A DNA stretch of 64,000 bases from Mobula hypostoma (lineage: Eukaryota), in assembly GCF_963921235.1 (NCBI RefSeq), contig NC_086097.1:184142001-184206000 (forward strand), in the 5' to 3' direction. The position numbers were made by a program, and so were the translations under genes. Each line of letters opens with the position of its first letter. Within the stretch, counting starts at the first letter, position 1. Under the pieces are notes generated by a model. That model worked only from the letters and a program-made list of their open reading frames with translations, was not told the origin of the DNA and ran no database searches. This document shows, one piece after another, positions 1-12,788 of this stretch.

Positions 1-660
1 GGGTGGTGAAGAAATCTTTTGGTATGCTGGCCTTTATAAATCAGAGCATTGAGTATAGGAGTTGGGATGTAATGTTGAAATTGTATAAGGCATTGGTAAG
101 GCCAAATTTGGAGTATTGTGTACAGTTCTGGTCACCGAATTATAGGAAAGATGTCAATAAAATTGAGCGAGTACAGAGGAGATTTATTAGAATGTTGCCT
201 GGGTTTCATTTCCTAAGTTACAGAGAAAGGTTAACAAGTTTGGTCTTTATTCTTTGGAATGTAGAAGGTTGAGGGGGGACTTGATAGAGGTGTTTAAAAT
301 TCTGAGGGGGATTGATAGAGTAGACGTGGATAGGCTTTTTCTATTGAGAGTGGGGGAGATTCAAACAAGAGGACATGAGTTGAGAGTTAAAGGGCAAAAG
401 TTTAGGGGTAACATGAGGGGGAACCTCTTTACTCAGAGAGTGGTAGCTGTGTGGAACGAGCTTCCAGCGGACGTGGTTGAGGCAGGTTCGATGTTGTCGT
501 TTAAAGTTAAATTGGATAGCTATATGGACAGGAAAGGAATGGAGGGTTATGGGCTGAGTGCAGTTCGGTAGGACTAGGTGAGAGTAAGAGTTCGGCATGG
601 ACTAGAAGGGCCGAGATGGCCTGTTTCCGTGCTGTAATTGTTATATGGTTATATAGTTAT
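1..660 (+). mobile_element. CR1 LINE 3' end (ORF2 C-terminus, 3' UTR and microsatellite tail)
   Basis: ORFs 3..272 and 254..571 encode LYKALVRPNLEYCVQFWSP and RRLRGDLIEVFKI..FTQRVV.VWNELP, typical of CR1 ORF2. Frameshifted; ends in ttatatggttatatagttat. Confidence 0.93.
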
Positions 661-1039
661 TTCTCTATTAATTCACATCTACTAACTGAGGCATTGGCAC
701 CCTTATTAACACATGGTGTCCAGAATTGGCAAAGACCTAACAGAAACAGACATAGAGTTGTATGCACAGAAACAGGCCCTTTGGGCCACAGTTTCCATGA
801 CAACCTTTTTCGGCCACCCACATTAATGCCATTTACTCTCCTGTTACATCAACAGTGCTAAAATCAAGGGGGTTGAAAGCTGCAGGTTGCAAGAAATAAA
901 CATCACCAATAGCCTGCCCTGGTTCAACCACATGATGCCATGGCAAAAAACTCTCTATTTCCTCAGGTAGCCAAAGAAATGAGGCATGTCGTTTTTGACC
1001 CTCATCAATTTGTATTGATGCAACATAGAAAACAGCCTA

Positions 1040-1445
1040 TCCAGATTCATCACGGCTTTGTATGGCGGCTGATCCGCCCGCAACTACAGAGAGTTGTGGA
1101 CACAGCTCAGCACAGCGTTGATATCTGCCTCCCCTCCGTGTACTCTCTCTATACTTCTTGTAGCCTCGGCAAAGCAGCCAACTTAATCAAAGACCGCAGC
1201 TACCTTAGACATTCTGGCTTCTCCTCCATCCCGTCACGTACCACCACGCTCAAGGACAGCTTTTCTGCCTCTGTTATAAGTCAATTGAACAATCTCCTAG
1301 GATTATCCTCTTGATCTCATAAACTACCTCATTATGGCCTTACACATCATTGTCTGGCTGCTCTGTACTTTTTCTGTAACTGTAACACTATTCTGCATTC
1401 CGATATTGTTTTCCTTTATACTACTTCAATGCATCGATTTATCTC
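1040..1445 (+). mobile_element. Degenerate Rex1/Babar-like LINE 3' fragment
   Basis: LQRVVDTAQH..LPSVYSLY..RTTTLKDSF resembles the C-terminus of the Rex1-like copy at 50603-50833. Confidence 0.7.
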
Positions 1446-1499
1446 TGGTTGCTAGTGCGGTTCCCCTTTAAGACAGTGGAAGCGAGGATGTGTATGGGT

Positions 1500-3962
1500 T
1501 TATATCTTCATTTAAGGAGAAGAGGTTCCTGACTTCACTACCATCTATTCTGCAGGCAGTCATATAGTCTCTGGTAAATAAAATCGAAGACCTCAGAGGA
1601 AGATTGCTGTACCAGATGGACATCAGGGTCTGTTGTGTTTATTGCTTTACGGAGACTTGGACATTCCCAGCCTTTCCAGATGCAGCGACACAGCTTGCTG
1701 GCTTCATGATTCACTGCCAAGATAGGATTGCTGAGTCTTTCAAAGGTGGAGTATGCTTTATGATTAACTCCTTGTGGTGCACAAACATGGCGGTTCTGTT
1801 CCAGTCCTGCTTGCTCAATCTGGAACATATCATGATCAAGTGTCATCCATTTTATATGCCACAGGAGTTTGCAGCTATCTTTTTGGTAGCAGTCTACATC
1901 CCACCTCAGGCCCATGTCAAACAGGCTCTAAACGAACTAAGTGACCTAATCAACAAGTATGGAACAGAGCACTGTGATGCCTTCCCCATCATTTTGGAGG
2001 ATTTTGACCAGACCAGCTTAAAAAATTCTCTGTAAATAATTATGATCAACGTATCACTTGCGGAACCAGAGAAGCCTTCACACCAGACCACTATTATACC
2101 ACCATCAAGTGTTTACCATGCCATTCCACACCCACACATTGGTCATCTGATTGTATTTCTACTCCCTGAGTATAGGCAGACACTGCAAACTGCAGCACCA
2201 AGAAGGCATGGACAAGAAAGACACAGGAGTGCTTATAGGACTGCTTTAAATCAGTGGACCGGACTGTATTCAGGAATTCATCTTCAAGTCCAAATGAATG
2301 TGCCACAGTTGTCTCTGACCATTAAAACCTATGTGGATGAATGTGTGCCAATGAGAACATATTGTACATAGCCAAATTAAAAACTGTGGATGAACCAGGG
2401 GATTCATTATCTGCTGAGAGCTAGATCTATGGCTTTCAGGTCTGGTGATTCAGGACTATCCAAGGAGGCCAGGTACATCTTACAGGGGACTATCACAAGA
2501 GCAAGAGAGCAATTCCAATTCAGGTTAGAGGCAGAATCGGATGCATGTCAGCCCTGGCAGGGTTTGCAGGCCATTACTTCCTACAAAGCAAAACCTAATA
2601 TCATGAATGGTAGTGATGCATCACTCCCAGATGAGCTCAACACCTCGCTTTGAATAGGAGCATAAAACTACAGCTATGAGGATCCCTGCAGCATCTGGGG
2701 ACCCAGCGATCTCTGTCTTGGAGACAGAGTCAGAACGTCTTTCAAGAGGGTGAACCCTTGCAAGGTGACAGGCCCCGAAGGTGTAACTGTGCCGACTACC
2801 TGGTGGTGTGTTCAAAGACATTTTCAATCTCTTTTCGACAGTCAGGGGTTCCCATCTGCTTCAAAAGGGTAACTATCATTCCAGTGCCCAAGAAGAACAT
2901 GGTGAGCTGCCTTAATGACTATCGTCCAATAGCACTCACATTTACGGTGATTAAATGTTTTGAGAGGTTGGTTATGGCTTGAATCATCTCCAGCCTAAGC
3001 AAGGACCTGGACCCACTGCATTTGCCTATCACCACAATGAGTCTACAGTGAATGCAATCTCATTAGCTCTTCAAGCAACCTTGGGTCACCCGGACAATAC
3101 TAGTACTTACGCCAGGCTGCTGTTTACTGACTACTGCTCAGCATTTAGTGCAATCATTCCTATATTGCTGACCATAAAACTCCAAATCCTAGGCCTCTGT
3201 GTCTCACTCTGAAACTAGATACTCAACTTCCTCACCAGAAGACTACAGTCTGTGTGGATTGGAAATAACATCTCCACCTCACTGATAATCAAGCCTGGCA
3301 TACACCAGGGATTCTCTACTGTCACTATACCCATGTCTGTGTGGCTAGGCATAGCTTATCTATAAATTTGCTGATAACACAACTGCTGTTGGAAAAATTT
3401 CAAATGGTGACGAGAAGGCGTACAGGAGCAAGATATATCAACTAGTTAAGTAGTGTCATAGCAACAACCTTGCACTCAACGTCAGTAAGACTAAATAATT
3501 GATTGTGGACTTCAGAAAGTGTAAAACACACCAGTCCTCATAGAGAGATCAGAAGTGCAAGGGGTGAGCAATTTCAAGTTCCTGAGTGTTAACATCTCTG
3601 AGGATCTATTCTGGGTCCACCATATTGATAAAGTTACAAAGAAGGCATATGACAGTGACTATATTTCATTTGGAGTTTGAGGAAAAACACTCACCAATTT
3701 CTATAGCTGTGCCATGGAGATCATTCCAGCTGGTTCCATCGCCGTCTGGTATGGTGTGCACAAGATCGAAATAAATTGCAGAAAGTTGTAAACTCAGTCA
3801 GGTCCATCATGGGCACCAACCTCTCCAGCTTCCAGGTCATCTTACTGTAATTTACAATAATAATAATAACGTTTTTATTATTATGTATTACAATGTACTG
3901 CTGCCGTGTCACGACAAGTTTCATGACATATGCCAATGATATTAAACCTGATTCTGATTCTG
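1500..3962 (+). mobile_element. Decayed Rex1/Babar-like LINE (APE endonuclease, RT and tail)
   Basis: CFTETW..AVYIPPQA (APE) and [25 protein letters not shown] / LFTDYCSAF (RT). Many stops; 3' tail attaaacctgattctgattct. Confidence 0.88.
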
Positions 3963-4039
3963 TAGTGAAATGGCATGAAGAAACAACTTTTCTTTACAGT
4001 ACCTCATTACATGTGACAGTTATAAACCAATCTACTAAT

Positions 4040-5990
4040 TTGCCATTGATAGCCTGATCCAGATGCCTCACTAAAGCACATAAAGGAAACAGCTTCTGCT
4101 CTGCCTTCATCAGTATTCTCAGGTACCTCTTCAAAAAGCTCTGTCAAATTAGTAATATGGGAAAATGGTATCTATTTCTGATCAACCCTGCCTTTCTAAA
4201 TGTACATTAATCCTATCTTGATTTTCTCCAATAATCTCTGCCCCACACTGAAGGTTCACAGTCTTATAGTTACCTAGTTTATTCTGTTCTCCTTAATAAA
4301 TAATCTACATTCTGTGCTTCTGGAACCTCACCTGTAGCTAATAAAAATGCAAACTTCTCCATTACAGCCCTAGCAATCACTTACTTTGTTTCCAACAGCA
4401 TCCTAGAATAGCTCTCATCTGGCCCCCCGGGCTTACTAACCCATGTGTCCCACAATATTGAATACGCCTTCCTACTTAGCATTGATTTACTTCAGATTAT
4501 CCACATACCCTTCCCTGAAATCACTATCGTTAATGTCCTTCTTGTTCATAAAGTGCCCATTAAGGACTTGGCCCTCATGTTGCACCTGATCTACTTAAGA
4601 ATGCTTTTGGATCCTCCTTAATCTTATGTCCCAGAGATATTTTATGGCCCCTTTTCCCCTCCTAATTTCTTTCTTAAGTACTCTCCTACACACTCTAGTG
4701 ACTCCGGCAATCCCAATTACCTATGCCCATTGAGTGTTTCTTCTTTTCTTCCTGATCAAACTTTGAATATCCTTTATGATACAAATGTCCTTAATCTTAA
4801 CATATTTGTCTTTCCTGCTTACCAGAATGTACCGGCTCTGAACTTTTACTGACTTTCTTTTAAAAGACTCCCAACTATAATTATCATTTTATGCATACAT
4901 ACAGAATCTGCCTCCAATCTACTTCAGCAGGTCTTTTTTTTTGTTACAATATTAAAATTAACCTTCCCACATTTCAAGATCTCAACATGAGGAGCAACGT
5001 TATCCCTTTACATAACTACCATGAAAATTACAGAATTGTAGTTACTATTCCCAAAATATTCCCTCACCAATACTACCACCATCTTCCAATTTCAGTTCCA
5101 GAGTTAGAATAGAAAAAGATTCACCACATATTGTCTCAAAAAAACTTTCCTGTAAGCCTCTAGCATTAAGTGCAATCCCAGTCAAAATTCCTTCACAACT
5201 ATAACCCAAAAATATTACAATTCTCCATGATCTGCTTATATTTTTATTCTTCTAGTTCCTACTGAATGCTGGGAGACCTATTATATAAGCCCAACAAAGT
5301 ACTTGCTCCTCTCTTATTCATATGTTCCAACTATACTCTTATTAGTCGATCATTCCAGGATATCCTCTCTAAATTCTGCTGTTATGTTCACCCTAATTCG
5401 TAGTGCAACTCCCTCCTCCTCTTTTGCATTCCCTTTTACCACAGCTGAAATATCTAAACCCTGAGATATTACGCTGCCAGTCGCATCCTTCCACAACCAG
5501 TGATCCAACCTTTACGTTCATCTCAAAGGATGTTGTTTACCTTTCTTGCTTTTATAATCTATTCTTTATTTATAAGACATAGATTCTATCTATTCTTTTA
5601 CCAATCTTCTCAATTTCTCCTGTAATTTTCAAAGTCTTAGTATGAATGATCCTTGGTCTTCCTGACTTTAGTATTTGGTAATTTATTTTACATGATCCCT
5701 CTTCATCTTTTTCTGCTAATTATTTCATGTTTAACATTATACACCTTCCTCCATAATAAAGGCAACTATTCATCCTGTTCCAAGCTTTTTAGCATGAACT
5801 TGCTATTCACATTTCTACTGCCTCTTTCAATTTGGCTTACAATACTAATTTGGAATACCTTATCAAATGCTTTTTGACTATAATATACACAGAACCAATC
5901 ATGTTCTATTTATTCTCTATCTCTATTACATCATCAAAGAATTCAATCAGGTAAGACAAACACAATTTGCTCTTGTCAACTAGATACCAA
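4040..5990 (-). mobile_element. Highly degenerate CR1-like LINE remnants
   Basis: Short minus-strand pieces resemble CR1 ORF2 nucleotide motifs (e.g. ccttatcaaatgctttttg, tcatcaaagaattcaatcagg). No ORF. Confidence 0.5.
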
Positions 5991-6007
5991 CTTTCACTTA
6001 CTAACTA

Positions 6008-6135
6008 AACACAAGAGATTCTGCAGATGCCGAAAATCCAGACCAACAGATACAATGTTGGAGGATCTCAACAGGCCAGGCAGCATTAATGAAAATGAAT
6101 CAATGTTTCGGATGAGACCTTTCCTCAGGACTGAG
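6008..6135 (-). mobile_element. Short PLE 3'-tail fragment with degenerate hammerhead motif
   Basis: Similar to 10170-10303; ends at gagaccttttcctcaggact-like sequence (reverse complement of the HHR core). Confidence 0.75.
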
Positions 6136-6309
6136 AGAATTATCAATATCTATTTGTCAACCGTCAATTAATTAACTGCAAGATTCAAAGTTTCCCTACC
6201 ATGGAATTTTGAATAACTATTATGCAGTTGGCTGATATATCCTTCTTGAATATTTTCATAACATTTGTGATTATCTATTCCTCTAACTGTTATCTATTTC
6301 AGGTCATTT

Positions 6310-6830
6310 CTAATTAAGGTAAAGGAACCCTGAGGGGCAAGTGATCATAATATGATCGAATTCACCCTGAAATTTGAGAAGGAGAAGCGAAAGTCAGATG
6401 TATCAGTACTACACTGGAGTAAAGGGAATTACGGGGGTATGAGAGAGGAATTAGCTAGAATTGATTGGAAAAGAAAACTGGCAGAGATAACGGCAGAGCA
6501 GTAATGGTTGGAATTTCTGGAAGCAATTCAGAAGGCATAGGATATATACATCCCGAAGAGGAAGAAGTATTCTAAAGGAAAGATAACCAGCCACAGCTAA
6601 CAAGAGGAGTCAAAGCCAACATAAAAGCCAAAGGGAGGGCATATAACAGAGCAAAAATTAGTGGGAAGTTAGGGGATTGGGAAGATTTTAAAAGCCAACA
6701 GAAGGCAACTAAAAAAGTCATTAAGAAGGTAAAGATGGAATACAAAGTTAACTAACCAATAATACTAAAGAGGATATCAAAAGTTTCTGTAGACGCATAA
6801 AGTATAAAAGAGAGGTGAGAATTTTGGGCA
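6310..6830 (+). mobile_element. CR1 ORF2 internal fragment
   Basis: Homologous to 46150-46930 (agtgatcataatatgatcgaattc = SDHNMIEF, end of the APE domain). Confidence 0.8.
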
Positions 6831-7206
6831 AATACATAGACTGCATGGAAATATTTAGAGGAATAAGGGCAAGTATGGACAGTATGGGCAAGCTGGGCTG
6901 AAGAGCCTGTTTTCTAAGCTGAATAGTTCTACTCTTTGACTCCGTGACTCTGGGGAGATCTATCTTCAGATACACTTACTTTCATCACTTTTAGCAAATC
7001 TCTAGCATAGAAATACTTTTTCACTTAGAAGGCCAGCTATCAGTTACTTAATGCAAATATTGCCACTCTATCACAATCAACTGTACTTCTCGATTGGCTG
7101 ATCAAATGAAAATCAATGTGAACTACAAATGCTGTGAATCTGAAATTAAAAGAGAAAATGCTGGAAAAGCCCTGCAGGTCAGACAATATCAATAGAATGG
7201 TTAATG

Positions 7207-7735
7207 TAACACACATCAAAGTTGCTGGTGAACGCAGCAGGCCAGGCAGCATCTCTGGGAAGAGGTACAGTCGATGCTTCAGGCCGAGACCCTTCGTCAG
7301 GACTAACTGAAGGAAGAGCTAGTAAGAGATTTGAAAGTGGGAGGGGGAGGGGGAGATCCAAAATGATAGGAGAAGACAGGAGGGGGAGGGATAGAGCCGA
7401 GAGCTGGACAGGTGATTGGCAAAGGGGATATGAGAGGATCATGGGACAGGAGGTCCGGGGAGAAAGACAAGGGCGGGGGAACCAGAGGATGGGCAAGGGG
7501 TATAGTCAGGGGGACAGAGGGAGAAAAAGGAGAGTGAGAGAAAGAATGTGTGTATATAAATAAATAACGGTTGGGGTACCAGGGGGAGGTGGGGCATTAG
7601 CGGAAGTTAGAGAAGTCAATGTTCATGCCATCAGGTTGGAGGCTACCCAGACGGAATAGAAGGTGTTGTTCTTCCAACCTGAGTGTGGCTTCATCTTTAC
7701 AGTAGAGGAGGCTGTGGATAGACATCCCATTCCCA
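7207..7735 (-). mobile_element. Neptune-like PLE, 5'-truncated 3' fragment (end of GIY-YIG, UTR, mutated HHR at 7269-7304)
   Basis: Highly similar to 10207-10745. Confidence 0.92.
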
Positions 7736-7749
7736 TCTTACAAACAGCT

Positions 7750-7963
7750 GCTCACAGGCTCGTGTTTAAGCATTGCTGGTGAGAATGCAGTTCCGCATCT
7801 GGGGAGAGCGGATGCTTGGGGCGCGCTCTGCCTTTTATCGCGCTCTGCTTTTTTTTTCGTAACAGTGAAAATATCTTCTGAAAGCGAAAACAGGGTACTA
7901 ATGTAGGTCTTTCATAACAGTGAGGTTTCATAAAGCGAACATTCAAAAAGCGGGGGACACCTG
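7750..7963. mobile_element. One terminus of a pogo/Tigger-like DNA transposon or MITE
   Basis: Ends in aaagcgggggacacctg followed by TA, a Tigger-like CAGG terminus. Subterminal repeats (taacagtga twice, aaagcg three times). The other end was not found. Confidence 0.55.
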
Positions 7964-8700
7964 TAATGGCAAGACTCTTGGCAGTGAGGAGGATCAGAGG
8001 AATCTTGGGGTCCGAGTCCATAGAACGCTCAAAGTAGCTGTGCAGGTTAACTCTGTGGTTAAGAAAGCATAGGTGCATTGGCCTTCATCAATCGTATAAT
8101 TGAATTTAGGAGCCGAGAGGTAATGTTGCAGCTATATAGGACCCTGGTCAGACCCCACTTGGAGTACTGTGCTCAGTTCTGGTCACCTCACTACAGGAAG
8201 GATGTGGAAACCATAGAAAGGGTGCAGAGGAGATTTACAGGGATGTTGCCTGGATTGAGGAGCATGCCTTATGAGAATAGGTTGAGTGAACTTGGCCTTT
8301 TCTCTTTGGAGCGACGGAGGATGAGAGGTGACCTGATAGAGGTGTATAAGATGATGAAAGGCATTGATCGTGTGGATAGTCAGAGGCTTTTTCCCAGGGC
8401 TGAGATGGCTGCCACAAGAGGACACAGGTTTAAAGTGCTTGGAAATAGGTACAGAGGAGATGTCAGGGGTAAGTTTTCTACACAGAAAGTGGTGAGTGTG
8501 TGGAATGGGCTGCCGGCAATGATGGTGGAGGCAGATACGATAGGGTCTTTTAAGAGACTTTTGGATAGGTACATGGAGCTTAGCAAAATAGAGGGCTATA
8601 GGTAACCCTAGTAATTTCTAAGGTAGGGACATGTTCGGCACAGCTTTGTGGGCCGGAGGGCTTGTATTGTGCTGTAGGTTTTCTATGTTCTATGTTCTAA
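7964..8700 (+). mobile_element. CR1 LINE 3' end
   Basis: ORF 8078..8605 is an uninterrupted CR1 ORF2 C-terminus; tail ttctatgttctatgttcta. Confidence 0.93.
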
Positions 8701-10267
8701 AGGAAGCAATTTGGTCCAGGTAGTGGAGAAAATGGGAAAGGTAATAGGTGGACTAAAGGCAATGTCTGTGACAGGGTGAAATAATGTACCTCTTAAAGAG
8801 TAGTTGCAGAACTCAAATTTACTGTTTCCAGTGTGTCTTTTTTTCTGTTAATATAGAGCTAGTGTTCTGAGAATGGTTCCAGAGTTAATGGTATGTTCCT
8901 TGTGTGAGATGAGGGAACATTTGGAGAGCTTCAGTCTCCCTAATAACCACATCTACATGAAGTGCACTACTCTACAGTTCCTTAGAGACTGTGTTGAAGA
9001 ACTGGAGCTGCAGCTTGATGACCTTTGGCTCGTATAGGAGAATGAGGAGGTGATAGGAGCTACAGGGAGGTAGTTACCCCAAAGTTGCAGGAGGTATGTA
9101 CCTGGGTGACTGTCAGGACAGGGAAAGGGAATAGGCAGCCAGAGTAGAGTAACCCTGTGGCCATCCCCACAATAATAAGTATACTGCTGGAAGAACGAGC
9201 TGCCCGAGTGAATCAGCAAGCAGGTCTATGGCTCAGAGTCTGGTTCTGTGGCTCAGAAGGAAAGGGGGTTAAAGATGAGTGCAGCAGTAATAGGGGATTT
9301 CATAGTTAGAGGAGCAAACAGGAGATTCTGGGGATGTGATAAAGACGCCTGGATGGTATTTTGCCTCTCAAATGCTAGGGTCATGACGTCTTGGATCAGG
9401 TTCCCAGCATTCAAAATAGGAGGGTCAGCGGGCAGAAGTTGTGGTACTTATTGGCACCAACGACATAGCTGGGAAATAGGAGAAGGTCCCGAAGAGAATA
9501 TAGGGAGTTAGGCAGAAAGCCAAAAAAAAGGGTTGTAATCTTTGGATGCTGCCTGAGCCACATGCCAGTGAGAGTAAGGATAGGATAATTTGCCAGATGA
9601 CTGTATGGCTGAAGAATTGGTGCAGGGGACAGGGTTTCAGATCTCTGAATTATTGAGATCGCTTCTGGATAAGGTATGACCTGCAACAATAAGAAAAGTA
9701 GGCACTTGAACCCAAGGGGGACAAATATCCTTACAGGCAGATTTGCTAGAGCTGTTAGAGAGGTTTTAAACTAATTTGGCAAAGGGATGGGAACTGGAAT
9801 GATAGGGCTAAGGATATGGCAGTTGGTATACATGCAGGATGTAGTGAAACTGTGAAGAAGGACAGGCAGATGATAGGGAAAAATTGCAGTCAGTGGGATG
9901 AATGGAGGCAAAATGAAAAGGGTTATGAATACAGGAGTAAAGGTGTTATATTTGAACACTCGCAGTATACGGAATAAGGTAGATGATCTTGCAGCACAAT
10001 TAGAGATTATCAGGTATGATGTTAAAGGCATCACTGAGTGGTGGCTGATAGAAAATCATAATTGGGAGCTTAACATACAAGGTTGCACTTTGTTTCAAAA
10101 GGACAAGCTGGTAGACACAGAGGGTGGTTCTGTTGGTAAAAAAAATAAATCAAATCCTTAGAAAGAGGTAAACAACAGGAATTCTGCAGATGCTGGAAAT
10201 TCAAGCAACACACATCAAAGTTGCTGGTGAACGCAGCAGGCCAGGCAGCATCTATAGGAAGAAGCGC

Positions 10268-10303
10268 AGTCGACGTTTCAGGCCGAGACCCTTCGTCAGG
10301 ACT
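10268..10303 (-). ncRNA. Minimal type I hammerhead ribozyme motif
   Basis: The minus strand reads AGUC-CUGACGA-AGGGUCUCGGCCU-GAAAC-GUC-GACU: conserved core, helix I AGUC/GACU, and a loopless palindromic helix III (ACGU). Confidence 0.85.
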
Positions 10304-10593
10304 AACTGAAGGAAGAGTGAGTAAGGGATTTGAAAGTTGGAGGGGGAGGGGGAGATGCAAAATGATAGGAGAAGACAGGAGGGGGAGGGATGGAGCCAAG
10401 AGCTGGACAGGTGATTGGCAAAAGGGATACGAGAGGATCATGGGACAGGAGGTCCAGGAAGAAAGGTGGGGGGGGGGACCCAGAGGACGGGCAAGAGGTA
10501 TATTCAGAGGGACAGAGGGAGAAAAAGGAGAGTGAGAGAAAGAATGTGTGCATAAAAAGGAGTAACAGCTGGGGTACGAGGGGGAGGTGGGGC

Positions 10594-11484
10594 CTAGCGG
10601 AAGTTAGAGAAGTCAATGTTCATGCCATCAGGTTGGAGGCTACCCAGACGGAATATAAGGTGTTGTTCCTCCAACCTGAGTGTGGCTTCATCTTTACAGT
10701 AGAGGAGGCCGTGGATAGACATGTCAGAATGGGAATGGGATGTGGAACTAAAATGTGTGGCCACTGGGAGATCCTGCTTTCTCTGGCGGACAGAGCGTAG
10801 ATGTTCAGCAAAGCGGTCTCCCAGTCTGCGTCGGGTCTCACCAATATATAAAAGGCCACATCGGGAGCACCGGACGCAGTATATCACCCCAGTCGACTCA
10901 CAGGTGAAGTGATGCTTCACCTGGAAGGACTGTTTGGGGCCCTGAATGGTGGTAAGGGAGGAAGTGTAAGGGCATGTGTAGCACTTGTTCCGCTTACACG
11001 GATAAGTGCCAGGAGGGAGATCAGTGGGGAGGGATGGGGGGGACGAATGGACAAGGGAGTTGTGTAGGGAGCGATCCCTGCGGAATGCAGAGAGAGGGGG
11101 GGAGGGAAAGATATGCTTAGTGGTGGGATCCCGTTGGAGGTGGCGGAAGTTACGGAGAATAATATGTTGGACCCGGAGGCTGGTGGGGTGGTAGGTGAGG
11201 ACTAGGGGAACCCTATTCCTAGTGGGGTGGTGGGAGGATGGAGTGAGAGCAGATGTACGTGAAATGGGGGAGATGCGTTTAAGAGCAGAGTTGATAGTGG
11301 AGGAAGGGAAGCCCCTTTCTTTAAAAAATGAAGACATCTCCCTCGTCCTAGAATGAAAAGCCTCATCCTGAGAGCAGATGCGGCGGAGACGGAGGAATTG
11401 CGAGAAGGGGATGGCGTTTTTGCAAGAGACAGGGTGAGAAGAGGAATAGTCCAGATAGTTGTGAGAGTCAGTAGGCTTATAGTA
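10594..11484 (-). pseudogene. Uninterrupted but 5'-truncated PLE ORF: RT thumb, Cys linker and GIY-YIG endonuclease (~296 codons)
   Basis: ORF-track entry 10594..11337 extends without stops to the palindrome centre. The RT catalytic core is absent. Confidence 0.9.
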
Positions 11485-11508
11485 GTATATAGTACTTATA
11501 GTATTTGT

Positions 11509-12788
11509 CTACTATAAGCCTACTGACTCTCACAACTATCTGGACTATTCCTCTTCTCACCCTGTCTCTTGCAAAAACGCCATCCCCTTCTCGCAATTCC
11601 TCCGTCTCCGCCGCATCTGCTCTCAGGATGAGGCTTTTCATTCTAGGACGAGGGAGATGTCTTCATTTTTTAAAGAAAGGGGCTTCCCTTCCTCCACTAT
11701 CAACTCTGCTCTTAAACGCATCTCCCCCATTTCACGTACATCTGCTCTCACTCCATCCTCCCACCACCCCACTAGGAATAGGGTTCCCCTGGTCCTCACC
11801 TACCACCCCACCAGCCTCCGGGCCAACATATTATTCTCCGTAACTTCCGCCACCTCCAACGGGATCCCACCACTAAGCATATCTTTCCCTCCCCCCCTCT
11901 CTCTGCATTCCGCAGGGATCGCTCCCTACACAACTCCCTTGTCCATTCGTCCCCCCCATCCCTCCCCACTGATCTCCCTCCTGGCACTTATCCGTGTAAG
12001 CGGAACAAGTGCTACACATGCCCTTACACTTCCTCCCTTACCACCATTCAGGGCCCCAAACAGTCCTTCCAGGTGAGGCATCACTTCACCTGTGAGTCGA
12101 CTGGGGTGATATACTGCGTCCGGTGCTCCCGATGTGGCCTTTTATATATTGGTGAGACCCGACGCAGACTGGGAGACCGCTTTGCTGAACATCTACGCTC
12201 TGTCCGCCAGAGAAAGCAGGATCTCCCAGTGGCCACACATTTTAGTTCCACATCCCATTCCCATTCTGACATGTCTATCCACGGCCTCCTCTACTGTAAA
12301 GATGAAGCCACACTCAGGTTGGAGGAACAACACCTTATATTCCGTCTGGGTAGCCTCCAACCTGATGGCATGAACATTGACTTCTCTAACTTCCACTAGG
12401 CCCCACCTCCCCCTCGTACCCCAGCTGTTACTCCTTTTTATTCACACATTCTTTCTCTCACTCTCCTTTTTCTCCCTCTGTCCCTCTGAATATACCTCTT
12501 GCCCATCCTCTGGGTCACCCCCCCCTCGTCTTTCTCCCTAGGCCTCCTGTCCCATGATCCTCTCGTATCCCCTTTTGCCTATCACCTGTCCAGCTCTCGG
12601 CTCTATCCCTCCCCCTCCTGTCTTCTCCTATCATTTTGCATCTCCCCCTCCCCCTCCAGCTTTCAAATCCCTTACTCACTCTTCCTTCAGTTAGTCCTGA
12701 CGAAGGGTCTCGGCCTGAAACGTCGACTGCGCTTCTTCCTATAGATGCTGCCTGGCCTGCTGCGTTCACCAGCAACTTTGATGTATGT
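11509..12788 (+). mobile_element. Neptune-like PLE, right arm of palindrome (1-bp frameshift near 11823)
   Basis: Reverse complement of 10207-11485. ORFs 11657..12076 and 12073..12399 are the split equivalent of the left-arm ORF. Confidence 0.95.
12693..12728 (+). ncRNA. Minimal type I hammerhead ribozyme motif; predicted cleavage after 12724 (GUC)
   Basis: agtc ctgacga agggtctcggcct gaaac gtc gact. Confidence 0.85.

Larger units (their letters stand above)
10170..11485 (-). mobile_element. Neptune-like PLE, left arm of palindrome (5'-truncated)
   Basis: Open frame 11484..10594 runs from YYKPTDSHNYLDYSSSHP (RT thumb) through the Cys-rich linker CKRNKCYTC to GIY-YIG (VIYCVRCSRCGLLYIGETRRRLGDRFAEH). 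The 3' UTR carries an HHR. Confidence 0.95.

Noticed and set aside
10594..11337. Domesticated host GIY-YIG nuclease gene
   Set aside because: It is a 5'-truncated young TE copy with several relatives in the window. An intact frame is expected from recent insertion, and no promoter or splice evidence is visible.
10170..12788. Palindrome as a sequencing or assembly fold-back artefact, or as a DNA transposon with long TIRs
   Set aside because: The arms differ in sequence and length, a 15-bp TSD flanks them, and the host CR1 resumes correctly. The content is PLE RT-thumb/GIY-YIG, not a transposase.
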